NCBI GenBank assembly: GCA_001600695.1
Contig: BCKQ01000020.1
Coordinates: forward strand, 181,031-212,736
Direction: 5' to 3'
From: Ascoidea asiatica JCM 7603
Taxonomy: Eukaryota > Fungi > Ascomycota
Length of the DNA stretch: 31,706 nucleotides
Program-made: the position numbers and the translations under genes
Shown here: one piece after another, positions 9,884 through 20,973 of the stretch
Position numbering within the stretch: the stretch's first letter is position 1
How the letters are laid out: each line of letters opens with the position of its first letter
The notes under the pieces: model-generated
Told to the model about the DNA's origin: nothing
Database searches by the model: none
What the model saw: the letters and a program-made list of their open reading frames with translations, nothing else

Positions 9884-11485
9884 ATGTCGCTTTCAAAATT
9901 GGAGAAAATAAGACAGGCAAATATTGCTAGAAATAGGAATTTACTTCGGAAATTGAATATTGATTCAGTTACAAATGATATTGAAACTCATATTTCTAAG
10001 ACAAATTTAAGTAAAGTTGAAACCTCAAAAAATAAAATATCTAAAAAAAGTACAAGAAGAAATAACTCATCAGCTGTAAATAATAATAAATCTTCAATAA
10101 CCCCTCTTAGAAAATCAAAAAGACTTCAAGGCATTAAAATTGAAGAGCCAATAAAAGTTTTACCTTCAGATAGAGAAATTCAAAGTAATTATGAAAAAAG
10201 TAAAATTAATTATGATAAAATCTCAATAAAGGATTTACTAAAACAAAATGATATTGTTGATAAAGATAAAATTGATAATATTATTGATAATATATCTCAA
10301 ACTTTCTCATTAGGTGATTTGTATTATGATATTTTTGATTCAAAATCCAAATCCAAATTTAAATCTAATATCAAAGATATTGAAAATATAAGAAATGAAT
10401 TATCTTCTTTAAATCTTTATAATGAAGAACAAATTAAAGTATTAAATGAAAGAATATCTTATTGTTCTTTTCATCCAACAAATTCAAAAAAAATTGTAAT
10501 TTCTGGTGATATTGAAGGAAATTTATCAATTTTTGAAAATGATAATAACACTTCTTTAAAAATTCATAATAAAAATATGATGAAATTTGATATTTCAAGT
10601 TTTGATTATAAAAGCTTAATAACTTCAAGTTATGATGGTACAATAAAATCAACGAATTTTGATAAATTAACTTCAAATACTTTAATTGATTTTTCTACAA
10701 ATTATATTGGAATTTCTGATTTTAATCTAAATCCAACTAATAATAATATAATTTATTATACAACTTTAGATGGTTTTTTCAATATAATTGATATAAGAGC
10801 TAAACAAAATTCAAATAATCAAATTAATTCTTTTATTAAATTACATGAAAAAAAAATTGGTGGATTTTCAATAAATCCAAATAATCAATATTTAATCTCA
10901 ACTGCAAGTTTAGATAGAACTTTAAAAATTTGGGATTTAAGAAAATTAAATAGTGAAAAAAGACTTGAGAATTTTGACAATTATGTTAGTGTTTTTAACA
11001 ATAGATTAAGTATAAGTTGTTCATCATGGAATAATTCTGGTGATATAGTTTGTAATGGTTATGCAAATACAATAAATATTTTTAAGAATGAGTCTATTTC
11101 AAAATATAATGTTGAAAATATAATAAAGTCGGAATTTGATTCTAATATCAAATTAGAGATCAAACCGGAATTAGAGCCTACCATTTTCCAAGAATCTAAG
11201 GAAATAAAACCCAATTATATAATCAATCATAATTGTAAAACCGGTAAATGGGTAAGTATATTAAAAGCCAGATGGCAAAAAAATCCTAGAGATAATATTG
11301 AAAAATTTTTAATCGGGAATATGAAAAAATATGTAGATATTTATAATAGTGATGGTATTTTATTAGGCCATATTGGGGGTAAAGAAAACAATGTAAGTGC
11401 AATTCCTGCTTGTGCAAATTTCCACCCAACAGAAAATTGGATCGCAGGTGGTTCAGCAACTGGTAAAATTGTCTTATATTCTTGA
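9884..11485 (+). CDS. CMR1: WD40 DNA damage-binding protein Cmr1 (WDR76 orthologue)
   Basis: N-terminal LSKLEKIRQANIARN, LRKSKRLQG, LHEKKIGGFSINP, TASLDRTLKIWDLRK, HNCKTGKWVSILKARW and C-terminal FHPTENWIAGGSATGK. Confidence 0.92.
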   Translation: MSLSKLEKIRQANIARNRNLLRKLNIDSVTNDIETHISKTNLSKVETSKNKISKKSTRRNNSSAVNNNKSSITPLRKSKRLQGIKIEEPIKVLPSDREIQSNYEKSKINYDKISIKDLLKQNDIVDKDKIDNIIDNISQTFSLGDLYYDIFDSKSKSKFKSNIKDIENIRNELSSLNLYNEEQIKVLNERISYCSFHPTNSKKIVISGDIEGNLSIFENDNNTSLKIHNKNMMKFDISSFDYKSLITSSYDGTIKSTNFDKLTSNTLIDFSTNYIGISDFNLNPTNNNIIYYTTLDGFFNIIDIRAKQNSNNQINSFIKLHEKKIGGFSINPNNQYLISTASLDRTLKIWDLRKLNSEKRLENFDNYVSVFNNRLSISCSSWNNSGDIVCNGYANTINIFKNESISKYNVENIIKSEFDSNIKLEIKPELEPTIFQESKEIKPNYIINHNCKTGKWVSILKARWQKNPRDNIEKFLIGNMKKYVDIYNSDGILLGHIGGKENNVSAIPACANFHPTENWIAGGSATGKIVLYS

Positions 11486-11536
11486 TCTAATATTGGTTAA
11501 ATAGACCAACTTATTCCGAATACATTGAAATTTTAT

Positions 11537-14500
11537 TTAATTATCATTATTATCATCATCATCATCATTATCATCTGAATCTAGAACTAAATTCTTTTTT
11601 TTCCGTTCATAACTTTTAGTGTTTTCGAATGTTGAAGAAAATTCTTCTGTTTTCTCATTATTCTCTATATTTCCTATTATTTCTTTACGTTTCTCATTTA
11701 TTTTGGAATACACTGAAGCATTTGGAGATTCACTTTCGTCTGAAGAAAGTTGAATTAGTTCTTCTTCAGGAATATCTTCCATCATATTTATCTCTAAGTC
11801 ACTTACATTTTCAGTATCAATTATATTGTCAATTTCTTCCTGATCATCGCTGCTTTCATCTTGAAAAGTGCCAACTTGTTTTTTAGATTTTTTTCTATTC
11901 GTGAGCGACTGTAAATTGTTTATGTTAAATCGAGCTTCTAGATTTTCTGAGTTATCCGAATCAGCTGAATCATAAAAAAAAGTTTCAGCTTCAGCTTCAC
12001 TTACAAACTCTTCATCTGTTGCTTCTACATTTTTCAGTATCTTTAAAGATTCAATTTTTAATTTTTTATTGGGACTTTCACTTTCATATTCACTATCTGA
12101 CAGGCCTTCTTTCTCTATTTTAGATTTTTTTCCTTTTCTCTTTTTATTTTTTTTAATTTTGCCATCGTTTGGTTTTATTTCCTTCGGTTTTTTATTTCTC
12201 TTTCTCTTGACACCTTGCTTTTTTCCTAGTTTTTCATCTGATTTCTTTTTCTTTATATTCTCAATATATTGTCTTTCTTCCTCGCTTGTTTCAAAAAGCT
12301 TGGTCCTTTCTCTAATTTTGATTGGATCAGCGGCGTTTTTTTCAATCTGAGATTCATCATATGAAGTTCTTTGACTTTCTTTCTCATTGTCATCTGTATT
12401 TCCATAAATAGCATTCAAATTTCCACTAAGTTTAGCTTGCTCTTTTCTTAACTGTTCTTCCATTGCAAAAAATTTTGCTTCCTCATCAGGGTCTTCATCA
12501 GATTCCTCGATAAATTCAGCAGATTTGTAAACTGAATTTTTTTTCTTGGTTTCCTTTGGTGCAGTTTTTAATTTTTTCGAGCCTACAGGTTTCCCACTTT
12601 TATGATGATGCTTTTCTTTTTTATGTCCTTTTTTCAAAGAGCGATTTAATTTATTGGCTTGTCTTCTACTCATTCTTTCTAGAGCATCCAAATCCCCTAC
12701 ATCACTTAAGTTCTCATCTTCCTCTTCTACTCTATTTTCGTTTCCTTGAGTGTCTTCCGTATCACTAGTTTCCTTTTCACGTACTATGAAATCCTCATCA
12801 TCAGAATTTTCGCTTTCGCTATAATAATCTCTATGAACTGGAATCTTTTTAAAATAGGAATCTAATGTTTGCCCTGGATCAAGGAAGACATTAGAAGACA
12901 TTGCAGATGATATAAATATCACAAGCTCTTTCAAAATATCAATAGAGTATCCCTCTTTAACCACGATTTTACAGCATTCATCATTTGTGGGAAATTCTGC
13001 TGGAGGATCTATTTCAAGCAAAATCAATAAAAGTCTTAAATATTTATCTTTCAATAATGCTTTTTTAACCCGATCTGAATTAGAGACTAAAAATTCCACA
13101 ATATTTTTGGGCTCTATATTTGAATCTAAAGTACTTTCAGAAACTAAAGAACTAACATTTTTCCGAGCATTAAGCTTTGTTTCTATGTTTTGTAAAGCCA
13201 AATCCAATTTTCCAACAAGCCATTCGAGAACTTCAAGATGATTTTTCTCCAAAACTCCGGTAACTGCTAGTTCTATTTTCCTTTGCATATCCAATTCATT
13301 GTTTTTGAACTCAATAGGAAGAACAGCTTTATTAGATACCTTTTTAACTTTTTTTGTAGGATCTATCATCTCACCCGTCTGTAAATAATTCTGTACCTGC
13401 TTATCAAATTTTGAAAATAACATTTCAATGTAAAGAGAAGGTCTTTCGGATAATGCTTTTTCAAGTTCTCTCATAAAATATTTGAAAAAATGTTCATACC
13501 TTATTCTAATATCGTACGACATAACATTATCATCTTGGAAAAATTCGTTAAACTGATAAAGTAAATCTAATCGGAATAACAAAACTTTGGTGTTCTTCAT
13601 TTTGAAGCATACTCTTGCAAAAAAATTTTGGGCAATCAATAATTGATCATCATTTAAATCTTTGAATCCAGAGAAAAATTTCAAGAATAATGTTACAACT
13701 ACTTCATTTACTAAACTGTGCTCAATCTCTTTAAATTTAAAAACTTCATCCTTTTTTAATTCTTCATATTCAACTTCTTTCTCTAGATCATACATTTCAT
13801 TGTTTTGATCCTTGTTATTTTTTTTCTTGATTCTCTTTATTTTTGTTACAAATAAAGGATTAGTCTTTGAATTGGAATATGGCTGAAGAACTTTTAAGAT
13901 TATATCAATTAGTTGACAGGTTACCGATATAAATGAAAAGGATTTAGTACTTGCAACTCTTGTTATATTGGTAAAAGTAGTCAATATATCTGTTTTGTAA
14001 ACAAGCTGAACAAGATAAGTATAAGCCCTGTCTCCAGTTGTTTTGGATTTAGACAATGATTCAATCAATTGAAGTATTTCGTTTAAAGTGATTAGAGAGG
14101 CATAAACTGATTTATAATGATGATGTTCAAAGTCTTTATAAAGCATTTTTGTTAACGTTGAAAAACTTTCACTTTGTAAAGCAGTAGCAATTAAGCCAAA
14201 CTGTTCTTCCTCAGTCAAATCATCCTCCTCATCCAAATTACTATCGGCTTTGGTATCATCCTTTACATTTTTGTTAGACTTTTCATTATTATTATTCAGG
14301 ACTTTCTTTTCTTTTCGATTATTATCCAAACGTCTCAATCTTTCGGCTTTCAAGAACCATGCAGTTGTTAATGAATATTGAATTCTCGTTAAAGTATCAG
14401 AAATCTCAAGGTCATTACTATCTTGAATTAATTCTTGAATATATGGTCTTACAGAATAAATAAAAGGATTAAAACACCCTGATATAAAGTTGATAATGAA

Positions 14501-16045
14501 CTTTTTCAAAACAGGTAAAGAAGTTGAATTTAGAATTGAATTATTTGACGCATGTTGGAATTGAATAAATTCATTTAAATTAGAGTCTTTATCAGAAATT
14601 GAAGCAAAATTACTTACAATTTTTTTCTTAGATACTTTTTTATTTGAATCTAAAGTCCTAATTAGATTATTATTATGACTTATTGGTTTTAAAGCATTTT
14701 GACCAAATACTGTAAGATTGGTATTTTTAGATCTAATTTGTAATTGGGATCCAAATTGAGAATGTCTTGAGCTTGAATGTTTTTTGGCATTAATTTTTAA
14801 TTGATTTTCTTTTTTCAATAAGTTTGATAATTCAAATCCAGAAGAAGTCACAACATTGTTGATATCTTTTAAAGGCTTGGAATTTTGAATTGGATTTTTA
14901 GAGGAATTTAATGATTCTGTTGGTGTATAAGAAGATTTATTTGGTAGTGATTTCTTAATTCCATTTTTGTTTGATTTTGGATTTGATTTATTTATATCTT
15001 TTAAAGTTGGATTTGAAACAATTTCAAATGAATATGAGCTGAAAACTTGAGAGCAGTTAATATCTTTCGTTAAATAATATATTATTTCAAGACAGGTTAA
15101 AGTGACATTTTTATTGGAAATATCATTACCTAAAGATGCAAATATCGTTAAGAGGTAATCAAAAACATCATTATTTTGAAAAGTAGTTATTATTTCATTA
15201 ATCGCATACGCAGGAGATTCATCTGTATCAAAATGTGAGTTTGAAGAACCATTTTTATCTCTAAAATTAGATAACGGAGTTATTAGTATTAGATTTCTGA
15301 TTAATAATAGTGATAAATTTAAAATTTGATAATCTTTCAAAAGTCTTTTATTTTTTTGTAAAGATAATATAGGTAATGAAATTCTTATAATAGATTTTAA
15401 AATTTCACCATTATTAAAAGATAATAAAAATTTTTTATAAAATAATTGAGCTTTTTTTAAAGCTGAGAAATTTTGAATTTGATTTAAGGTTGATTTATCA
15501 TTAATTAAATTAATTGGCCAAGTTAAATTGACTAAAATCTCTAAAGATAGTAAAGATATCTTATCTAATATGATTTTTTTTGAAAGTGGAAAGGTTAAAA
15601 TTGAATTATCAACATAATAATTATTCCATTGAATTAAAATTAATATTAAATCATTTGAGATTAAATTAGTTTTAAAACAAGCAACTTGAACTTCAGAAAT
15701 TTCATGTAACTGATCATATTGTAACCATTTTTTAATATCTTTTAGTACACTTAATGCATCTGACCCTAATTTATAAGTTGAAATTTGATTAAGATTTGAA
15801 TCGGAATTGAGTCTTAAATACTCATTTTCATAATCTAAACCACCTAAAGCAGAAACTAAATTTGTTATATGAGCATTTAAAACTTTGCTTATTTGTTTAC
15901 TATTTTCAATATCTTTTTGATATTCATCTAAAGTTTTTTGTTTTTTACTTTCAGACTTACTCAAACTTTTTATTGAATCTTTTTTCTGTGAGTTTGGTTT
16001 TGTTTTCAACGATTCATAGTCATCTACTGGATCTAATATTTCCAT
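11537..16045 (-). CDS. TOF1: Replication fork protection complex subunit Tof1 (Timeless/Swi1 family)
   Basis: 1502 aa; AHITNLVSALGG, YKLGSDALSVLKDIKKW, LEILVNLTWP, SSRHSQFGS, LLFRLD, PSLYIEMLFSK, YKSAEFIEESD and an acidic/basic tail. Confidence 0.95.
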   Translation of the reverse strand: MEILDPVDDYESLKTKPNSQKKDSIKSLSKSESKKQKTLDEYQKDIENSKQISKVLNAHITNLVSALGGLDYENEYLRLNSDSNLNQISTYKLGSDALSVLKDIKKWLQYDQLHEISEVQVACFKTNLISNDLILILIQWNNYYVDNSILTFPLSKKIILDKISLLSLEILVNLTWPINLINDKSTLNQIQNFSALKKAQLFYKKFLLSFNNGEILKSIIRISLPILSLQKNKRLLKDYQILNLSLLLIRNLILITPLSNFRDKNGSSNSHFDTDESPAYAINEIITTFQNNDVFDYLLTIFASLGNDISNKNVTLTCLEIIYYLTKDINCSQVFSSYSFEIVSNPTLKDINKSNPKSNKNGIKKSLPNKSSYTPTESLNSSKNPIQNSKPLKDINNVVTSSGFELSNLLKKENQLKINAKKHSSSRHSQFGSQLQIRSKNTNLTVFGQNALKPISHNNNLIRTLDSNKKVSKKKIVSNFASISDKDSNLNEFIQFQHASNNSILNSTSLPVLKKFIINFISGCFNPFIYSVRPYIQELIQDSNDLEISDTLTRIQYSLTTAWFLKAERLRRLDNNRKEKKVLNNNNEKSNKNVKDDTKADSNLDEEDDLTEEEQFGLIATALQSESFSTLTKMLYKDFEHHHYKSVYASLITLNEILQLIESLSKSKTTGDRAYTYLVQLVYKTDILTTFTNITRVASTKSFSFISVTCQLIDIILKVLQPYSNSKTNPLFVTKIKRIKKKNNKDQNNEMYDLEKEVEYEELKKDEVFKFKEIEHSLVNEVVVTLFLKFFSGFKDLNDDQLLIAQNFFARVCFKMKNTKVLLFRLDLLYQFNEFFQDDNVMSYDIRIRYEHFFKYFMRELEKALSERPSLYIEMLFSKFDKQVQNYLQTGEMIDPTKKVKKVSNKAVLPIEFKNNELDMQRKIELAVTGVLEKNHLEVLEWLVGKLDLALQNIETKLNARKNVSSLVSESTLDSNIEPKNIVEFLVSNSDRVKKALLKDKYLRLLLILLEIDPPAEFPTNDECCKIVVKEGYSIDILKELVIFISSAMSSNVFLDPGQTLDSYFKKIPVHRDYYSESENSDDEDFIVREKETSDTEDTQGNENRVEEEDENLSDVGDLDALERMSRRQANKLNRSLKKGHKKEKHHHKSGKPVGSKKLKTAPKETKKKNSVYKSAEFIEESDEDPDEEAKFFAMEEQLRKEQAKLSGNLNAIYGNTDDNEKESQRTSYDESQIEKNAADPIKIRERTKLFETSEEERQYIENIKKKKSDEKLGKKQGVKRKRNKKPKEIKPNDGKIKKNKKRKGKKSKIEKEGLSDSEYESESPNKKLKIESLKILKNVEATDEEFVSEAEAETFFYDSADSDNSENLEARFNINNLQSLTNRKKSKKQVGTFQDESSDDQEEIDNIIDTENVSDLEINMMEDIPEEELIQLSSDESESPNASVYSKINEKRKEIIGNIENNEKTEEFSSTFENTKSYERKKKNLVLDSDDNDDDDDNNDN

Positions 16046-16279
16046 TATATATGTATATTTTTTTCAATATAATAACAAGAGCTAGTAATTGACACTGCCT
16101 GCTTCAACTGCAAATTGATATTAACTTTTTTTTAAGTCAAATGCAATACAATATACTACAATATGTTTTGGTTATTTTATCAGAAAAAATCGTTTAAATC
16201 AAGAGTGAATTGATCCAAAATAAACCAAAATGAACATTCAAATTGAACCCAGTTTTTAATTGTGAAATTTATTTGAAAA

Positions 16280-16338
16280 ACGCGTTTTTCGAATTGTTTA
16301 AATTATAATTTGTTTTTTTGGTTTACAAAATTACGCGT
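16280..16338. promoter_or_regulatory. Two MCB elements (ACGCGT) in the TOF1 promoter
   Basis: ACGCGT at 16280 and 16333, with an E-box TCACGTGA near 16359; consistent with G1/S MBF control of TOF1. Confidence 0.65.
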
Positions 16339-16555
16339 CGGGATGTTCACAAGTAATATCACGTGATTTTGTTTTTTGTTTTTACCAGGGCCAATTCCAT
16401 TAAATTCAATTCAATTGACTCCGTAAGTTTACTGCATTTTATCTAATTTATTTAATCATTTCTTTACTTGATACTTGATAAAGGGCAAGAAGTGGTTTTA
16501 AATACAGAGCAAAACCTTTGAAAGAACTAAGAAAAATAATTTAATTATTCGTTTT

Positions 16556-17545
16556 CTACCCAATTTTTTCACATTCTTTACTTTGAAGTAGATTTCCTGG
16601 GATATAATCATTGCAGTTTTCGAATTCATTTAGCGTATTGGTATCTGATTTTACACTTAATGCTTTATCTATTTTCATATTATTAATTTTATCACATTCC
16701 TTCTCAAATCCCTCTGTAAATAATGAAGATAGATCTATATTTTCTTCATTCCCAATCAGTTTAATTTCATTGAGAATATCATTAATTGAAAAAAAATTAT
16801 CTGAAGAGCTAATAGAGACCTTGGGCTCTAAAAAATTTCTTTCATCACAATAAAAAGGAAAAAAATCGAGGCCAAAATAATCGTTAAACTCACTAAAAGA
16901 TAAATCTGTTTTCTTACTGGATGAAGACATTGAATCATTTAAAGATTTTGATATGTCATTTATATATATTTCTTTATTTGAGTTATTGTTATGAGTTTCA
17001 TTAGATGTTGAAATTTCTTCAATTTTTCCTTTTTTTGAATTTGTTAAAGACAGCAATAAAGATCTAGATTTTGAAATTTTTGAATTTTCTCTAGAATTGG
17101 AATTTTTAACAATAATCTCGTCAGATTTTAAAACAATTGGTGGAAATAATGAAGGGCAATTAAAATTTATTTTTGTTTTCTTAAAATTCATATTTTTATT
17201 CATTAAACTTAAGGAGAAAATCAATCTATAGTTACCTTTTTCGGAAGCACCTAAATCTGAAAAATTAAAATTTATTGAGTTCTTAGCTTCTTGATAGCTA
17301 CCAAGCTGAATGGCAGTTCCATTTAAATTATTTGATCTTACTCCAGTTACATAATCAAAAAGTTCTGCTTTACATGAAATGTCGAATGTAAAATCATTAA
17401 AATCCGATAAACTTTTGATAGTAGAAACCTTTAAAATTATAATAGCTTTGGGCTGGAATCTTCTCCTATTTGAGGAGCCTTGTGGTCTTCCAGTTTTTGG
17501 GACTGACTCAAAATTTGCTTTATATTTATTCCCAAAATTGTCCAT
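16556..17545 (-). CDS. Divergent velvet-like domain protein, subtype B (copy B2): N-terminal domain plus acidic C-terminal tail
   Basis: MDNFGNKYKANFESVPKTGRPQGSSNRRRFQPKAII...AELFDYVTG...NLNG...FNFSDLGASEKGNYRLIFSL...LKSDEIIV. ATG 17545 chosen by alignment to paralogues; the alternative is ATG 17587. Confidence 0.7.
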   Translation of the reverse strand: MDNFGNKYKANFESVPKTGRPQGSSNRRRFQPKAIIILKVSTIKSLSDFNDFTFDISCKAELFDYVTGVRSNNLNGTAIQLGSYQEAKNSINFNFSDLGASEKGNYRLIFSLSLMNKNMNFKKTKINFNCPSLFPPIVLKSDEIIVKNSNSRENSKISKSRSLLLSLTNSKKGKIEEISTSNETHNNNSNKEIYINDISKSLNDSMSSSSKKTDLSFSEFNDYFGLDFFPFYCDERNFLEPKVSISSSDNFFSINDILNEIKLIGNEENIDLSSLFTEGFEKECDKINNMKIDKALSVKSDTNTLNEFENCNDYIPGNLLQSKECEKIG

Positions 17546-19030
17546 TTTTTTAGAAAAGCTTTCAGTGTAACTAAAATAATCAAACATATAGGAAATCAAA
17601 AAAAGAAAAAAGTTAAATAGACTCAAAAGAAATAAAAAGAATATAATTTTTCTTTCATTTAGATCATCAATTTATTCTCTACTACCGATTATTTCTTTCA
17701 TTTAATTAACGTTTATTTTTAAAAAAAGATCCAGGAATTTGTATTTCTTTTGAATTTTTTTCATAAAGAAAAGGAAAAGAAAATCTAATTTTACCGCTAG
17801 TATGTTAGAGTTTATCAATATTTTTTAGGAATTTGTTAGAGTTTCGCGATTAGTTGCTCTCATTGAAATTTTGATAAAAAAAAAAAATAATTTTGAAAAA
17901 ACGAAAAAATTTCACTTATATAAATACGCTACATTGAGTTCTATTTTTCTTAAATTTTCTTGAATTGATCTTAAAAAAAGAAAAAAAGAATCAAGACAAA
18001 TAAATATAATTTTCAATAGTTAATATAATATTTTCTCTCGTTTAAGCACTCTGCTTGTCTGGAACAATTGTAAAGGTGTAGGCCTAATAGTATTCCATTC
18101 TACGGAAAGTGTCCAATGGCAATGGAAAATAATTTCTAACAAGATTTTATAAAGTGGACTTTAAAATTAAAGTTAAAGTTAATATTAAGGTTTAACCCTT
18201 ATAACTTAACTTATGTTAACCAAAATTTTGAGAAAACATACTGATTGAAATCAATCATTGAATTTATTTATTTTGAAAATTCACTGTTATGGCCTAATTC
18301 AGATCAGAAGTTACTTTATTTTCTTATTTTTTAGAAGTTTTTGTTACATGTTTTTATAATTTAAAGCAGAAAACCTGAATTTTCTATGCAATTTTGAACA
18401 ATTAAAAAGCTCATAGAAATATGTCTTTTTAATCATTTGAAATCGTCTATCTAAAATTTTTAGTACCATGAACTGAAAAAAAATAATATTGTTAATAATA
18501 AATGATATATGTTGTTTTACTGATTATGAGGTAATTTGTATTTTGAAATTCTATTTTGTGAATGTTTTTTTTTTCACATATAATACGTTCTTATCTTAGA
18601 GTATAGTTTTTGTTTCTTCACGAAGAATCATTTATAAAATACTATAGTTTCTAAGAATTAGATTCAATAATAACGATCATATTAAACTAACTACTACCAG
18701 TGATTGCAGTTTATATATATTGGGGAAGTAATATATAGGAAACACAAAAAAAAAAGTGATAGAATAGTAAAGTATTCGAATTGAGAAAAATTATTAAGAA
18801 AAATTATAAAAATAGCTTGTATTAAATATATATAAAATTAAATAATTTTGGTTTCCCTAATTTACCTTTCGACATCCTCCACCAAAAAGTTTTAAAAATA
18901 ACAAAAAAAAAAGGTAATATAAAATAGAATATTAAAAAATAAGACAAAAAAAAATTAATTGCTGTAAAATAAAAAAAGTTAATAGTATAGATATAATATA
19001 TACAGTATATATGAGCTTGAGATAAATCTC

Positions 19031-20113
19031 TCATTTAAGTAATTTATAAATATTTTCCTTTTTTTTCTCCTTTCCTTTGTTGTTGTTTTTCTTGTGATTA
19101 CTGTTATCTCTATTATTACCAATATTGTCATTATTACCATTATTGCAGTTATCATCATAGTTGGATTTATTATAAGGAGCATTGGATACGGTGATTTTCC
19201 CAGTTTTAATGAAATTCAGATTATTATTATTAATACTCAATGATTTTAAATCAGGATTTAAATTATTATTATTTGATAATAGAAAAAATTTCAAATAATA
19301 AATTCCTGGTAGTCTTATACCTAAATGTGTGAAATCAAAAAGATAGGAATTATAAATGGAGGTATAAATTCCATAAATACATGGATTTCCAATCAACGAT
19401 CTTCTTGTTAAATCAATATTAAGATGATAATCAAATAATTTAACTAAAACAAAATATTCATTATTATCTGAGATTTCATTAGTTTCTAATTCTATTATTG
19501 TTCTAGGTTTCAATCTTCTTTTAGATGAATTTCCTGAGGGTCTTCCAGAATCTGCAACTTCTTTGAATTCTAAATTATAATACAGTCCTTTATATATTTC
19601 TTTAGTCTTTTCATTACATATCTTATTTCTCTTTTTGTCAGATGAATTTCCACTGGTTTCACCACTAGTTTTATCACTGGTTTTATCACTGGTTTTATCT
19701 TTTACTTGGCTTTTATCTTTATTGTAATGATAGTTCAAGTTTTTTATAGGAGGCAAGTCGACAGAAGTATTATAAGAGGGCGTTGTAGATCCTGAATTGT
19801 CTTTGAAATTGCTCAGTTTATATTGAATAATTTTATCATACTTATTATCTCCTTGATATTCTTGTTGATCTAATTGATCTCCTTTATCTAGTTTGCGTTC
19901 ATTACCCCTTTGATTTTCATTATCTGTGGATATTTTTTTCATAAAATGAAAACTATTTTTATTGTATTGATTTGGATTAATATACTTATTGTTCTTATTA
20001 TGTTGAATATGATCTGATGTTAAATTTGAATTTATAATAGAATCAGATTCTATTTCTAATTTTAAATTTGGACTTGAATTAAAACTATTATTTGATCCAA
20101 AGGAAGAAAGCAT
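19031..20113 (-). CDS. Divergent velvet-like domain protein, subtype A (copy A2)
   Basis: YNLEFKEVADSGRPSGNSSKRRLKPRTIIELETN...LVKLFDY...SLIGN...LFDFTHLGIRLPGIYYLKFFL. ATG 20113 has the same context (aaatttaacATG) as copy A3. Confidence 0.72.
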   Translation of the reverse strand: MLSSFGSNNSFNSSPNLKLEIESDSIINSNLTSDHIQHNKNNKYINPNQYNKNSFHFMKKISTDNENQRGNERKLDKGDQLDQQEYQGDNKYDKIIQYKLSNFKDNSGSTTPSYNTSVDLPPIKNLNYHYNKDKSQVKDKTSDKTSDKTSGETSGNSSDKKRNKICNEKTKEIYKGLYYNLEFKEVADSGRPSGNSSKRRLKPRTIIELETNEISDNNEYFVLVKLFDYHLNIDLTRRSLIGNPCIYGIYTSIYNSYLFDFTHLGIRLPGIYYLKFFLLSNNNNLNPDLKSLSINNNNLNFIKTGKITVSNAPYNKSNYDDNCNNGNNDNIGNNRDNSNHKKNNNKGKEKKKENIYKLLK

Positions 20114-20973
20114 GTTAAATTTGATGATTATTTGTATATTGCTTATCAAAGCACTTTATTAAAGCATATTGAGAAACCTCAAGACTTTATACTATAATAA
20201 AGCAGATCCGATATTATTGAAGTTTGTATCAGAAATTCAATGTTAAGTTATAAATATACACGAATTTTTTTATATTTTCAAATATTTCAACAAAATGATC
20301 TTTATTAGTTTTATAAAAGCAAAAGACGATTTAAAATGAATTAAAAAATCAAAAAGATTATAAATCAATTTCAAATAAGGATGAAGTGGCAATTAAAATG
20401 AAAAAAAAGCTTTCTCTAGATAATTCTTTTTCATTTAAACTTACAAATCCAATAAAATATAAAAAATAACAGAAAATGATAACCAAAATCCAAAAATAAT
20501 TCATTTTTTAAGATACACTGAAATTCGGCAAGTTCAAGCTTCATCTGCAAGATGACAAAGCACAAAAAACAATGACCATTTCCGGCAAAGATGGCGCAGA
20601 ACCGAACAATTCAAGTCAGAAGGCTGAAACGTAGAGCCACGTCACCAGCCTCTATTTCGGGGTTTGATGGCAAAAACAAGATTCAGGACATAAAATATAT
20701 GGACGTAAATGTAAAATACCTGGGTCACACCGCCCTAAACTAGCCTGGTTCAGCTTCGTGACTGGCAGATAATTTTTAGTGTTACCAATTTTAGTCTCTG
20801 GTGAAGTTTCATAAAGGGATTCTAATATTCTTTAATCATATTTCCATTTTTTTAATTCCCTTTTCTTATTTCCAATATTCTATCTTTAAATACTGGTATA
20901 ATGTTCAATTCAAAACATATTGTATGTTCGGCTACAGTTGTAATACTAAATAATTGTAATTCAGATTTCATCC

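Noticed and set aside
1211-16366. RTCACRTG motifs (1211, ~7103, ~16358) as CDEI of a point centromere
   Set aside because: No CDEII plus CDEIII (TTCCGAA) arrangement at the right spacing; better explained as promoter E-boxes or repeat units.
10434-17570. Small ORFs antisense to CMR1, TOF1 and B2
   Set aside because: Shadow frames of long genuine CDSs.
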